A DNA stretch of 64,000 nucleotides, from assembly GCF_032062105.1 (NCBI RefSeq), contig NW_026928727.1, positions 124,001 through 188,000 of the forward strand, given 5' to 3'. Numbering within the stretch: the first letter of the stretch is position 1; each line of letters starts with the position of its first letter. Under the pieces are notes generated by a model, which saw only the letters and a list, made by a program, of their open reading frames with translations, was not told where the DNA came from and searched no databases. Shown here piece by piece: positions 1 through 12,800 of this stretch. This DNA comes from Saccostrea cucullata. Taxonomy: Eukaryota. A program made the translations under genes and the position numbers.

Positions 1-3000
1 CCTGTACAACAAAGAAGATTCATAACTTAATATTTACATTTCCAATAAATTTCCCCTACGATTCTTTACAAAATAAAATGCAGTTCATTTTCTCATGAAC
101 TACATTACATTTGTACCACGAATAAGCATGAATATCTCTATTTTTACGTCATAATACCACATTTGGCGTCAAAAATATAGTGCACACTGTTTTGCATTAA
201 AAATGGCAGTTGAATGGCGTAAATTTATGACAAGTCATCAGAAAAATATTGTAAATATAAGAAATGAATTTGATTTTTAAAGATTCATGAGGTATCTGAA
301 CTACAACGCTTCACGCCGGCATATTTATCATGAAGCGCTAATGCACTTCATGAAATATGCCAGCGTGAAGCCTCGTAGTTCATATCCTCATGAATCTTCA
401 AAAATTAAATACATTTCTTAAATGTACATACCTCATGTTCATTTTCTTTTGAATGAAAACTGACATCCATATCATTATGAGGAATGTAAAATATCTACAT
501 GTATTATGAACTTTCAGTCTTAAGTGAATAATTTTTGCATATTAAGCTTTATTCTAGTAATGTAAAATCAGTACTTTTGGTGGGGGGTTAATTTTCGTTG
601 TTTTCCAGGTATGGAGAGACCCACAAATTCATGACCACCACGAAATATAAAATTTGATATGCATTATTACTCAACACTTCTCCAACCACAAAATCAAGTC
701 CCCACATATCAATATTTTTTTCTCAAACCTCAAAAATCTGGCCTCACAATAATATATTATTGTACAGTGTTTTACTGGACCAGTGTTTTAAAAATAATTT
801 ATAAATATAATTCAAGCTTAAGTAAACTTCAAACCCACAAATCATGTACAGGTAATCAATTATGTTAAAACAACAAAATTTTGAAATATCATGCGTATTA
901 TTACTTACCTTGTCTAGATTGGCACAGGTGTGAAAATCCTGGGAGGACAGGTAATTAATGAGGGACTGTCCCTGTAGGGGTTGTTTAAATGTTCCCTCCC
1001 CTGGTATATCTGTAAATGAATAAGCAGTTTGATGTATAAAAAAGTGATGATCAAATAAAGCTAATTTAAACATCATTTCTTAGTAATATCAAACATTCTA
1101 TTGTAAGGATTACAATAATAACCTTTAAGATATTTGCAGTACAACATGAAATAGTAAGAGTATCTTTATAATTATATTTCCATATGCCAATGTCAATTGT
1201 CATACTTTTGTGTTGGTTGATTTATATAGTTTCTTTTATATTCATATATAGATAAAAATTTGTTTACCTTTATTCTCATATATTACTACTCCTTTTCCTT
1301 CTGCTGAAACCTTATTCTCCTTTTGTGTCATTTTCTCCACCTTGACCCCTCCTTGATCTGACCTTGACCTCTTATGCCCTTTTGATTTCACTTTGGCCTT
1401 CTCCTTTTCTTCTCCCTTTGGAGGGCATTCAGAGTCTGAGAAAATGTCTTCAAGTCTACTCACAGACGCCGGAGTTTCACGGCTAAAGTCCTCGTTATCT
1501 TTGTATATATTTTTAATCACAGCCGAGGTTTTGGAAATTCCCATATCTGACTGGCTCCTGACGATGACCTTTTTGGACTTATGATTGACCAGCTGTGGAG
1601 TGGACATCACTTCCTTTAAGGAGGGATCCCTATGGTTCATTTCATCACTAAATTCTATATTTAGCAGAGGATCACTATTTAGATTGTCATAGAAACTAAA
1701 ATCTGGAGCATCCCCTGTTGGAGACTCGGAACCAGATTTACGTAGAACTGTCCTTAAAGATTCCCGGGCCAAACTCTTGGTTTCTTCTGGACTTGTGCTT
1801 TCTCCTGTTATATAAAGCACAGACTTACAAATAAGAAAAACAATTTAGCCTTCAAAGCACAGACTTCCATACATAGAAAAAAATTTGCCAATATAAGTTT
1901 TGTCTTTGAGATCAATATTTTCAGTTTAGACAGTGCTAATATTACAAATGTAACATGTTACTCAATTTGAGCCTATAAACAAATACCATAATATTACATT
2001 AAAATCAATATTTATATAATACAGGTATTATTCAGTCATCATATGCTTGTACATCCTGTGTACTGATATATGAATTGATCTATACATATGAACATACCGC
2101 ACAGCTGCTGAGTATCAGGTGTTTTTAAATGACATAAGATAATAAGGGTAATATGTTGTTTATTACACTGAAGTGATATTTGACTGGGATAGAATTATGA
2201 ATAATACTCCTATAATTTTAGGATTCAAGATTACAAATAAAGGGATTAGAAGGCAAATACAAATATGTCATACTGTAGAAAATCTACATCATCTATTACG
2301 AATCAAACTACTCTAAATATTCTAAGTGAGAGTAATATTTTCATACTTATGGAGGAGGGAACAGCATGCTCATCAGACATGCATAAGATGCTCTCCTGTT
2401 TTGGAGATGCAAAAGGTGGTGCAAGTGCCATAGCATCATGGGAACTTGACTTCCTGTCACCAACTGAGTTACGATGCTTTCTTTCTGGTACAGCCCAGGA
2501 TCTACTTCTGGTTCCCTTGATATCATGGTGGTCGTGACTTAGCTAAAAATAGATAAATTAAAATAAAATGCTAAGACAAGGCTGGAGTAATAAAATCTAT
2601 AAATGATCATGAAATACATTTAACTGATAAAGTTATTCATGTACTGTTGATCTCTTTGTACTTTGCCTTTTTCTCTTCATGGGATCAAAATAAATACAAA
2701 TGTACACAAAAATAATACACATTTTAATAAAATTCATTATCTCTCTCTCTCTCTTCATTCTTAAAAATGTTGTCTTTGATTTGATTTCTCTCCACTTTAA
2801 AAAAATATTATAATTAAAATGCACATGATATACCGGTAAGTATACCTTGTGGGGTTATATTCGAAAGAAATGGCTATCTAGCTTGATAGTTTTATAAAGG
2901 AATAATATTTACTGGTCACAGTAAGAGTTATCTTTCATTGATCAGAGGGTCAATGAACCTAAAGTTGTCCATTTCCTAACAAAAGTTGGCCAATGTCATA

Positions 3001-6000
3001 AAACTGCAGAAATTACCTACTACATATTGTCTGGAAATCAATTCAATTTCTGTGTATAATAGTTAAAACAGCTAAAACTAGCTATACTTATATGGATCAA
3101 ACTTTATAAAATAAATTTCCTTTACCAATTTTAGATCCAGCTCAGCTAACATGGAAATTCTGTTGAGCTCAATGGCTTTAAGACAGACACACAAAGCCTT
3201 GAAGTACTGTTCATCATTAAGGAAAGCAAACTCTGAAATGCCAGATATTCACAATAATCTTAATCTTAATCAATTCAAAACAATACAAGCGATACCACGT
3301 TATCAAAAATAATAAATTTTAACACACTGATACTTACCAAAGTAAAACTTGCTCATCAGTGCCTTGTTGGACACAAGGGTAGATAACTGGGAGGATAGGG
3401 TGTGGTCCCTTAAGCTCTCTCTAAGCCAGGTGGTTCCCTTGTTTCCTCCTGACCTATTGACCTTGTCCAGTGCGGGGGCCAGGACAGGGTTCAATGTCTT
3501 CAGACTGTACACAACTGGCCAGAAGTCAAGCTGTATGCCCAAGTCTCCCTGTTTAAATGAATTTTATTTTTATCATTACTGGATATTATAGTAAAACATG
3601 CTTAATACCATAATTGCAAGGGACAAAGAATTTTGCTCCATTACAAATGAAGTCCATTAAATTAAGTTCAAAATCTATTTTAAATCCCCTGGTTAAGAAA
3701 TCACTAAGCTGTAAGCATCAGTTCATAACAAGCATGCTCGCTATAAACATGTTTGACTGTATTATAATTCATAATCTCTCGTTTGAAGAATTCATGAAAA
3801 TCTGTGTTCCAAACCAAAAACATACTTTAAAACCACCAAAGAAAAGGAAGCCTACTTTAAAATGCTTTCAGTAAAACACAAGATAAAAAGAACCTACAGC
3901 TAAAATTTTAGAGAAAATGATGATTTGTCTAAATACTGAACCCCAATCGAGACATCTAATTAGACATAATTAAATCATCAGTAAATCTAAACCTTTTTTC
4001 CACTGACATCAAAAGTTGATATTAAAATAGGAGGGGGAGTATCCTTTGATCTTGATGCTCTTTACACATCCCCAGACCTACCTTAATGCTCTTCAGACCG
4101 TGGTACATGATATGCTACCCTGACCTACCTTAATGCTCTTCAGACCGTGGAACATGATATGCTCCAGTTCAGCACACATCCTGTTGAGGCCTCCGTGGAT
4201 GTTCCAGACATTACTGCTCTGTCCAGACAGCAGTCCCTCGGTCACTGTCTTCAATCCAAACAGCAGGCTCTTGTGTTCTGATCTGGAAAAGGGAGACAAA
4301 ATTGTCTCTTTCATGTTGAATTGTTAATAACACTATCAAACTGTTATAGTGCATGGCTATTATGTATAAATGATGCCATATGGATTTTATTTTCTAAATC
4401 TAAAATGTGCATGCTGTCAAATTATGAAATTTATGCACAAATTTCGAATATAAACACTGAAGTATATATACACATAATTTTCCATCTTCGCTAGCCAAGG
4501 GTTTCTGATACGCTACTCTCCTCATGATTATGAAGAGAGTAGTGTATCAGAGACCCTTAAATGGCTGGTGAAGATGGGTTTACTGTCCCTTATCTGTTTT
4601 GTACATGCTACAGTATTATATAATGACAGAGACACATATATTTTTAAATGTCTCTGGTCCTATGTTTATAAGACCAAGTACCGGTATAACATCTTGATCA
4701 GCTCCTCCATCATTTAGAAGTTCACAAAAAGTTATTTCTGTGGTTATGACAAGAACTCGAAAATCAACCATTTTGCACCAGTTATACTGTGACTTATTAG
4801 ATTGAACTCCAAATACTAAAATAGATCTCCTGTCTTGCAGGAAACGGGTGGGTTCGCCATGATTACATGTTCATGCCGAGTGGTATTACGCAGAGTGGTT
4901 TTGCCCCAATACAGATATGTTCTTCTCTTAAGTGATTTATTTTACACACAGCCGTAATTAGATCATTAAATATCATTTAATGCCTGATATAGAGTGAAAT
5001 TCTTTAAGAATTTAAAATTAATTAATGCAACATATATCGATTCATTTATTTAAATAAAACAAATAAATAGGATCTATATAAATAAAAAAATACATTTAAT
5101 ATTTTAGTTTAACAAAAAAAAATACATACATTTTCTTGATGGATACATCAACAGTGTTTCCGTTAACGCATATTTCTGTATTTTACGCATAAAAATTACC
5201 TTTTACCCCCAAAAACGTCACCTAGAGGGTCATCATGACGCAGAAGAAAATATGAAAACAAGTTTTTAAAAATCTAGTTCAATATTGATGTTTTCATAGA
5301 AAAAGATATTTTATATGTTTAATTTACATTCTGAACAACTTTCTAGGAATTAATCATTGCATTTAGTTTAATTTCAAAGTGGCAGTAATTGAAATCGGCA
5401 TTTCCACGTCAACAATCTATTAAATATTCTTTTGTAAGACCTAGCTATCTAATTCTTAACAAAACCGGAAGTGCAAGTAAAAATGGCACTTCAGCATGTT
5501 CAGCCTTACATCGGCATATTTATAACAGCTTGGCTTTGTCAAAAAGGCTAATTATGGTAATAAAAAGGTGAGGAAAGTTCAAATCCTTAATAAATAGTTT
5601 TGTAAAGCAATCAACAACTTTCAGTTGTTATCTTTTGATTGAGGTTTTCACGAAACCCTTTTGGTGTAATTTGTAAAAATGTAACTGTACCGTGACTGTG
5701 TACCGGTATAATAAAAGAAGTATACATGTATCAATTATATTTTACTTTCATTTTTTTTTTAATTTTTAAACATCAAATATATGATCTTAAATTAGAAGGC
5801 AGAGCTAATGTTAGAACCCAAATCAAACCAGAATATATTTTGACCCCCAAAAGTTTATATCAAAGGGTCATAATGACCCTTGGTTTTAAAAATTAGCAGA
5901 AACACTGCATCAATGTATATCAAATAAAACATTGGTATAGACAGATGTAAAAAAAAAACAAAAAAACACAAGGGCGGCCTTTTATCTTTAATTTTTATTA

Positions 6001-6574
6001 AGTTGCTCATCATAGGTCTACTAATCAAGGGGCGAAACCACTCAGAGCGAACAAGGATTCAGGGCGAAACCACCCGCATTTGTCTTGCATAAGGGAATCA
6101 GACCACTCCAGCATGCTAGAGACTCATGAGGAGATACACGTTCATTTGACGGTGCTGTGTAACCAAGGACATATAAGGAGTGTAGGGATGTTAAGCAAGG
6201 TTCATACTTGTAGGATTGGGATCAGATTATAAATTACATTATTCATATATTCTTTGCAAACTGAACAGAAAATAATTTTGTATCCAGTTCTAAGAATCAT
6301 CAAAAATATTCCAATGACCTTTGGAGATTGATCCCTTTAAAAAAAAATTGAGAAAATTTACTTAAATTTATAGACTTAACCTTTGTATTCTTGACTGGCT
6401 TACAATTAGCATGGTTGAATTGTCAAAAGTTATAGAAACACAAAATAATAAAAAGTTGTCTCCGCCCATCAATCGCATCATATATTTTTGTTGATTTTCA
6501 ATATTTACATTGATTATCTCTCAGAGACTTTTAATTAACCTGTAATTATGATCCGTGTGTACTTCATCTGACAT
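1..6574 (-). CDS. RUBCN: Rubicon (RUN and Cys-rich domain Beclin-1-interacting protein), 5' part; coding exons 6540-6574, 4129-4282, 3338-3548, 3126-3232, 2347-2542, 1268-1804, 909-1009; next exon starts at position 1
   Basis: Spliced translation [48 protein letters not shown]...[15 protein letters not shown]...[21 protein letters not shown]...GHKRSRSD...[31 protein letters not shown]. It matches human Rubicon motifs as recalled ([60 protein letters not shown]). GT-AG junctions are in phase. Confidence 0.93.
30..423. mobile_element. Non-autonomous split-hairpin (Crypton-like) element in a RUBCN intron
   Basis: Imperfect palindrome of about 170 bp at about 255-423. The complement of the outer left arm (ttgtaaatataagaaatg) is split between the element end (catttctt) and its start (atatttaca, about 30). 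Confidence 0.55.
4075..4163. repeat. Tandem duplication (about 47 bp) of the RUBCN exon 2 3' end plus splice donor
   Basis: gacctaccttaatgctcttcagaccgtgg(t/a)acatgatatgct occurs at about 4075-4116 and 4122-4163. Confidence 0.85.
4482..4576. repeat. Short palindromic (hairpin) element, probably a MITE remnant
   Basis: ccatcttcgctagcc-aagggtttctgatacgctactctc ... gagagtagtgtatcagagaccctt-ggctggtgaagatgg folds back on itself. Confidence 0.6.
4840..6080. mobile_element. MuDR/Mutator-like non-autonomous DNA transposon, 9-bp TSD
   Basis: TSD tgtcttgca at 4831-4839 and 6081-6089. Imperfect TIRs cgggtgggttcgccatga / tcagggcgaaaccacccg with internal gtggtt(t)tgcc repeats. Confidence 0.7.
5152..5907. 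mobile_element. hAT-like non-autonomous element with 6-bp TSD, nested in the MuDR-like element
   Basis: TIRs cagtgtttccgttaa / ttagcagaaacactg. TSD catcaa at 5146-5151 and 5908-5913. Subterminal agggtcat(c/a)atgac motif near both ends. Confidence 0.7.
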
Positions 6575-6841
6575 CTTCTTGCACTTCAAAAGTCTACGTC
6601 CTTGATGATATATTGAATCAAAAATCTCAATAAATTTGTTTACATTTTGACTGCTATGTCGGAATTGTCATGTGTCTATCCAAGTCATTTCAGTCTTCAA
6701 GTGAAATAAGTTTAACTTTCGTACGAGTAAAACGTTTTGGTGATCCCTACACGTGTCTTTCGGGTGTCCTCGAGAGTTAACCTTCGTAAACATTAACCTC
6801 TCAAAAGAAAAACAGGAATGTAGTCTTATGAAACCTTCAAA
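6575..6841. promoter_or_regulatory. Putative bidirectional promoter and 5' UTRs shared by RUBCN and PARL
   Basis: Inferred start codons at 6574 (minus) and 6842 (plus) diverge across 267 bp. Confidence 0.65.
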
Positions 6842-9800
6842 ATGCCAGGATCTTTGATACTTTTATGCAGATTTCCAGCAAAGCGATCACTGGAAAGGTG
6901 AGAGTTTTTTACGGAGGACATGTATATCCTCTTTTAAATTTGTTCACACTTTCTCTTGCAATTCGAATTTCCTCAGTTTCTGTAACCTCTTATGCAATAT
7001 TGTGGTATAATGCTTTTTACACTTGTAGTGGAAATGAATTTGTGGACCAATCTCTTCATGCCATTAAAAACAAGAAATATTAAATTACCACCAAAATCGA
7101 TGAACGATCATGTGGATATAAAATTAAAACAGTTGCTATTGCTACTGGCATGAGAAAATTCAAGAATGATTTCTTTTGTCAGTTTTGATAAGTTTAGCTG
7201 AGGAATGGAAAAAAACATTTAAAAAAATTATTCGACCTTGAACATTGAATCAAATTTAAAAAAGATAATTGGCGTCAACTTCACTCATAAAATAATTTTC
7301 AATTCATACATTCTGTTATACATTTATGTAATGTGTGTAATTGAATGTTGTGTACAATGCATGCACTTATGAACTCTAAAAAGAATTTTTGAATAAATTA
7401 TTGCTATTTTTGTCTCTGAAGTAATTCAAGTTATTTGGTTGCAGCATTATATTGTAAATTCATGCTATATTTTATGTTTCAGTTTAACATCTTTATGCAA
7501 ACACAGTCATGTTTTCAACGAAGCTTGTCAAGGAAGACTTCTCCTGCCAAAGGGAAACAACTGTTCTTTTATGCACAAACAGTTTATCAGAGGGGCTCGG
7601 GGCACAAAACTCGGTCCACATCAACCTTTTGAGAGTGACAGTTCTCTTCTCATGAAGCATTTCCTATTAACAGTCACAGTAAGGCTTAATTAAAATTGTA
7701 AATTTAATGGCATATTCTACAGACAGACAATTAAAGAAGAAAGGAATAGATATGATCTTTCTTCAGTGTTCATATCATAAGCATGATAAGCAATGTTCAT
7801 TCTTTCCTATTTGTTTCTATTTAATCTAATGTTATTTGATATTTTTCAATTCCTGAATCAGTTGAGTTATCAAATTAAATTTATTATACAAGACTTGCTA
7901 GTTGCTGGTGCTATATATTATGACAGTAGGATATCATTAGTTCAGTTACATTTTCTCCTCTTTCTCCTCCTCTGTGAAAATTGTCTTCCTTTCATTACAT
8001 TAAAAAAAATTTTCATATCTTCTCATACATTTTATGTTAGGTATGTGGTTGCAGTTTCACAGGTGCCATGATTTGGGAGTATGAAAACATAAAGAAAAAA
8101 ATTCAAGCAATGAAGCAACAATTGTACTTCAGCCATGGAGCATTCAAAAATCACTACATAGAAGTTGTAAGTAGCAGTAAACGTAATTGATTGTGTATCA
8201 TTTAATTTTTTTTTTCATTATACAAGTTAGAAAGAGATTTACCAGTAACTTATGAAATCCAAGTAAATCTAAGTGTAATTTAACATGTTCTTTTTTCTTG
8301 CAAAAAGTAATCTTGTAATCTTATGTCAGTTTGAGGAAAGTCATTGAATCATTATTTAAATGAATTAAGTAATTAATATAATAAGTCATCTAAGACTGGA
8401 TTATTTTTTTTACTTGCAGACAAACCTAGTGAGTGGCATTGTTGTGATCAATGCTTTTGTTTATGTTTTATGGAAGATTCCCAGGATTTATCCCTTTATG
8501 CAGAGATATTTTTTATGCTCTCCTTGTAAAGGTATATATAAAGGAAAACATTGATGCTTACAGTATTTTCTCACCATTGTCAATAAATATTAAATGCTTG
8601 TACTTTAGTATAACAAATTACATTTTTACTGTTGTATGATGTCAAAAATTACAATTTTTAGCTCACCTCAACGAAGTTGGGGGGAGCTTATGTGATACCC
8701 TCGGCATCGGCGTTCCAGGTTAAGGTTAAGTTTTTTGGAGCAGTTTTCTTTTTAAGTACTTCTATGTCCTATATTGATTAGACATGCATGGAAGATGTTT
8801 CTAATGTGTTTCATTGTACCAGTCAAAGTTTCAGATGCTGCAATTTCAGCAAAGGAATGATCAGGTTAATGTTTTTGGTGCAGGTTAACATTTTTGGTGC
8901 AGTTTTTGTTGTAGGTCTCATTTCCGAGTAACTATAAGCCCTATGTTGACCAAACTTACGTGGATGGTACATCTTAGGATGCATACTACCAGACTTGCTT
9001 TGGATGCTGAATCTGACCTACATTTTCCGGTTGAGTGAACAGGTTAAAGTTTTTGGTGCAGGTTTCATTTCCAAGTTTCTATGAGACATATAATGACCAA
9101 ACTTGCATGGATGGTACATCTTAGGATGCATTCTACTAGACTTGCTTCGGATGCTGAATCTGACCTACATTTTCCGGTTGAGTGAACAGGTTAAAGTTTT
9201 TGGTGCAGGTTTCATTTCCAAGTTTCTATGAGCCCTATAATGACCAAACTTGCATGGATGGTACATCTTAGGATGCATACTACCAGACTTGCTTCGGATG
9301 CTGAATCTGACCTACATTTTCCGGTTGAGTGAACAGGTTAAAGTTTTTGGTGCAGGTTTCATTTCCAAGTTTCTATGAGACATATAATGACCAAACTTGC
9401 ATGGATGGTACATCTTAGGATGCATATTACAAGACTTGCTTCGGATGCTGAATCTGACCTACATTTTCCGGTTGAGTGAACAGGTTAAAATTTTTGGTGC
9501 AGGTTTCATTTCCAAGGTACTATGAACCCTATAATGACTAAACTTGCCTGGATGGTACATCTTAGGATGCATACTACCAGACTTGCTTCGGATGCTGAAT
9601 CTGACCTACATTTTCTGGATGAGTAAACAGGTTAAAGTTTATGGTGCAGGATTCATTTCCAAGTAACTTTGAGCCCTATAATGACCAAACTTGCATGGAT
9701 GGTACATCTAAGTGTGCATTCTACTAGGCTGGCTTCAGAAGCTGAATCTGCCTACATTTTCTGGATTAGTGAAAAGGTTAGTTTTTTATCCAGGTTTCAT

Positions 9801-12800
9801 TTCCAAGTAACTTTGAGCTCTATGTTGAACAAACTTGCATGGATGATACATCTGAGGATGCACACTAATGGACTTTCTTCAGATGTTGAATTCGACATAC
9901 ATTTTCCAGATAATAGACCTCGTAAAAGTTATGAGTGCAGGTCTATCACCAAGAAACTATAAGGCTTATATAAACCAAAGTTGCACAAATGATGCTTCAA
10001 GGGATGAAAACTCTCAATCTTGCTTCAGATGCTGGATTTTAATTACATTTTCATGATGAAGAACTAGCTTTAAGTTTTTATATAGGTCTATTCCAAAGTA
10101 TCAAAATTGCATAAATTTTTTATTTTTGGATGTACACTTTTTGTTGGTTAATTGTGTGACTTAATTTGCCTTACTTAAAGACAACATTCGTTGAGGTGAG
10201 CTCTGTAATCTCTGATTACCTATGTTTATAATTCAAATCAGACTTGCTATTTTCTCACGGTTGTCAATAAATATTAAATGTTTGTACTATTTCAGAACAG
10301 TCCGTCTTGGGGAGCTTTTTTGCGGCCTTCAGCCATGAGAACTTCCTCCACTTGTTCTGTAATATGTATGTCCTGTTGAGTTTTTCTACTGTCACTCTTA
10401 GCATGTTTGGAAAGGAACAGTTTCTAGGAGTTTATCTGAGTGGTGGTTAGTGTTCTATTTTTATATATATAAATACTGCAGTTTGTTAAAAGAGAGGAGC
10501 CCATCCTTTGACTACTAGTAATGAATATTGTTTCCATTTAAAGCATAAAAATATCAATTTTATCTATCTCTGTAGAACGTGATGACAATCACTTTCATAT
10601 GAAAAAAAAGAATTATTAATGTGGGAAATATTTGAAGCTAAATAATGACCATAAACCTTTATGATATTATAGGGGCATAAGTCTGTTAAAAAGACTCTCA
10701 ATAAGGATAATGTCCTTTAAATACTATACTTTGTCATGTTTATGTGTATAATTCTTAAAGGGCAGATCTGTAATACATGTAATTATAATGCCTCTTCTTT
10801 GTGGCTTTGTGGGTTTATGAGTGCCTGTTATTTGCCAGTGAGTTTTTTTCAGAGGAGAATTTTTCTATTACATTTACTAATCTAATTTGTTTTTTGTTTT
10901 TTTGTTCTTCTTGTAGCTGCTGTGTCGTCTTTTGTGAGCATGTGTAACAAGGTTGCCTGGAAGATTCCAACCCCTTCTGTAGGAGCGGTGAGCTGATACT
11001 AAATCTTTACTAGGATATCATATTTTCATTTTTAGAAAAGCATACTTTGTCTTGTAGATTCTATCAGATTTTTTAGTTATTAAATTTGCTTTAAATAAGT
11101 TCTTACAATCATAATTTGAAATATTCAAGTTCCAGATTGCATTATCGTTAAAGGTCTGTGCAGATTGTCTGCATTCTTTTATTGTGTTGTTTAATGGTAT
11201 TTTTCTGTATTTTAGTCAGGTGCAATATGTGCCTTGATTGGAGCCACCTGTCTTACCTACCCAGATAGTCAACTCAGTATAGCATTTATAGACCAGATTA
11301 TCCCACACTCATTTACAGCTCAGTCAGTGAGTATAAACATTAAATCTACCCAGATAGTCAACTCAGTATAGCATTTATAGACCAGATTATCCCACACTCA
11401 TTTACAGCTCAGTCAGTGAGTATAAACATTAAATCTACCAAAATATTCAGAACAGTATAGCGTTTATAGATCAGATTATCCCACAGTCATTTACAGCTCA
11501 GTCAGTGAGTATAAACATTAAATCTACACTGATAGTCAACTCAGTATAGCGTTTATAGACCAGATTATCCCACACTCATTTACAGCTCAGTCAGTGAGTA
11601 TAAACATTAAATCTACACTGATAGTCAACTCAGTATAGCGTTTATAGACCAGATTATCCCACACTCATTTACAGCTCAGTCAGTGAGTATAGACATTAAA
11701 TCTACACTGATAGTCAACTCAGTATAGCGTTTATAGACCAGATTATCCCTCACTCATTTACAGCTCAGTCAGTGAGTATAAACATTAAATCTACCAAAAT
11801 ATTCAGAACAGTATAGCGTTTATAGACCAGATTATCCCACACTCATTTACAGCTCAGTCAGTGAGTATAAACATTAAATCTACCAAAATATTCAGAACAG
11901 TATAGCGTTTATAGACCAGATTATCCCTCACTCATTTACAGCTCAGTCAGTGAGTATAGACATTAAATCTACCCAAGTCAACTCAGTATAGCGTTTATAG
12001 ACCAGATTATCCCACACTCATTTACAGCTCAGTCAGTGAGTATAGACAGTAAATCTACCCAGATAGTCAACTCAGTATAGCGTTTATAGACCAGATTATC
12101 TCACACTCATTTACAGCTCAGTCCGTGAGTATAGACATTACATCTACCCAGATAGTCAACTGAGTATAGCATTTATAGTATACACTTATCCACTGGTTGT
12201 GAGTGGGATAGCTCTTTTATCAAACCTGCGACAGGGAACTATTCCCCGAGGGCTTGCCCGGGAGGAATAGTCCCTGTCAAGGGTTTGATAAAAGAGCTAT
12301 CCCACTCACAAACAGTGGATAAGTGTTTTATTATACTGATGTATCATATAATTTCTGAGGTTTGAATTATTTGGGAGTAAGATAATACTGCAAGAATAAT
12401 CTGAAATCCTGATGATGTCACAATGCTACTGAAGTCATTATGACATCATCAGTCAATAGATTTATCGCTGAAAATCAAAATTGGAGGCAATAATTGCATG
12501 AAAATTTTCCGAGGGTGGATAGCAAAAACTATACCCCGCGGTATAGCTTTGCTATGCGTGAACTATAAAAGATAGCAATTTTACCTTCTGAACTTTATAT
12601 AGTATCAGGGGTTTAAAAATACGGTGGTCCGAGGTCCGGGACCTAAAGTTCTTGGGGGCGGACTAGCTAATCCTTACCTATCAATAGTCCGTCGGACCAG
12701 TACTTTTGAGAATGAAAAATATTATTTTAATAGGAATATTAGAAAAAAATAAACAACAACCAAAAAAAAAACCTCGTTCGTGTGTACTTTCGTTTTCTTT

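Noticed and set aside
1-4314. PLEKHM1 as the identity of the RUN-domain gene
   Set aside because: The NVW..GGL.R.C and GQSLI.YLS.QDF..CA.L.K motifs fit Rubicon, not PLEKHM1.
9669-10056. ORFs 9669-9962 and 9868-10056, and similarly 40714-40959, 52383-52574 and 52887-53183
   Set aside because: Chance open frames within Helentron-type satellite units, with no protein motifs.
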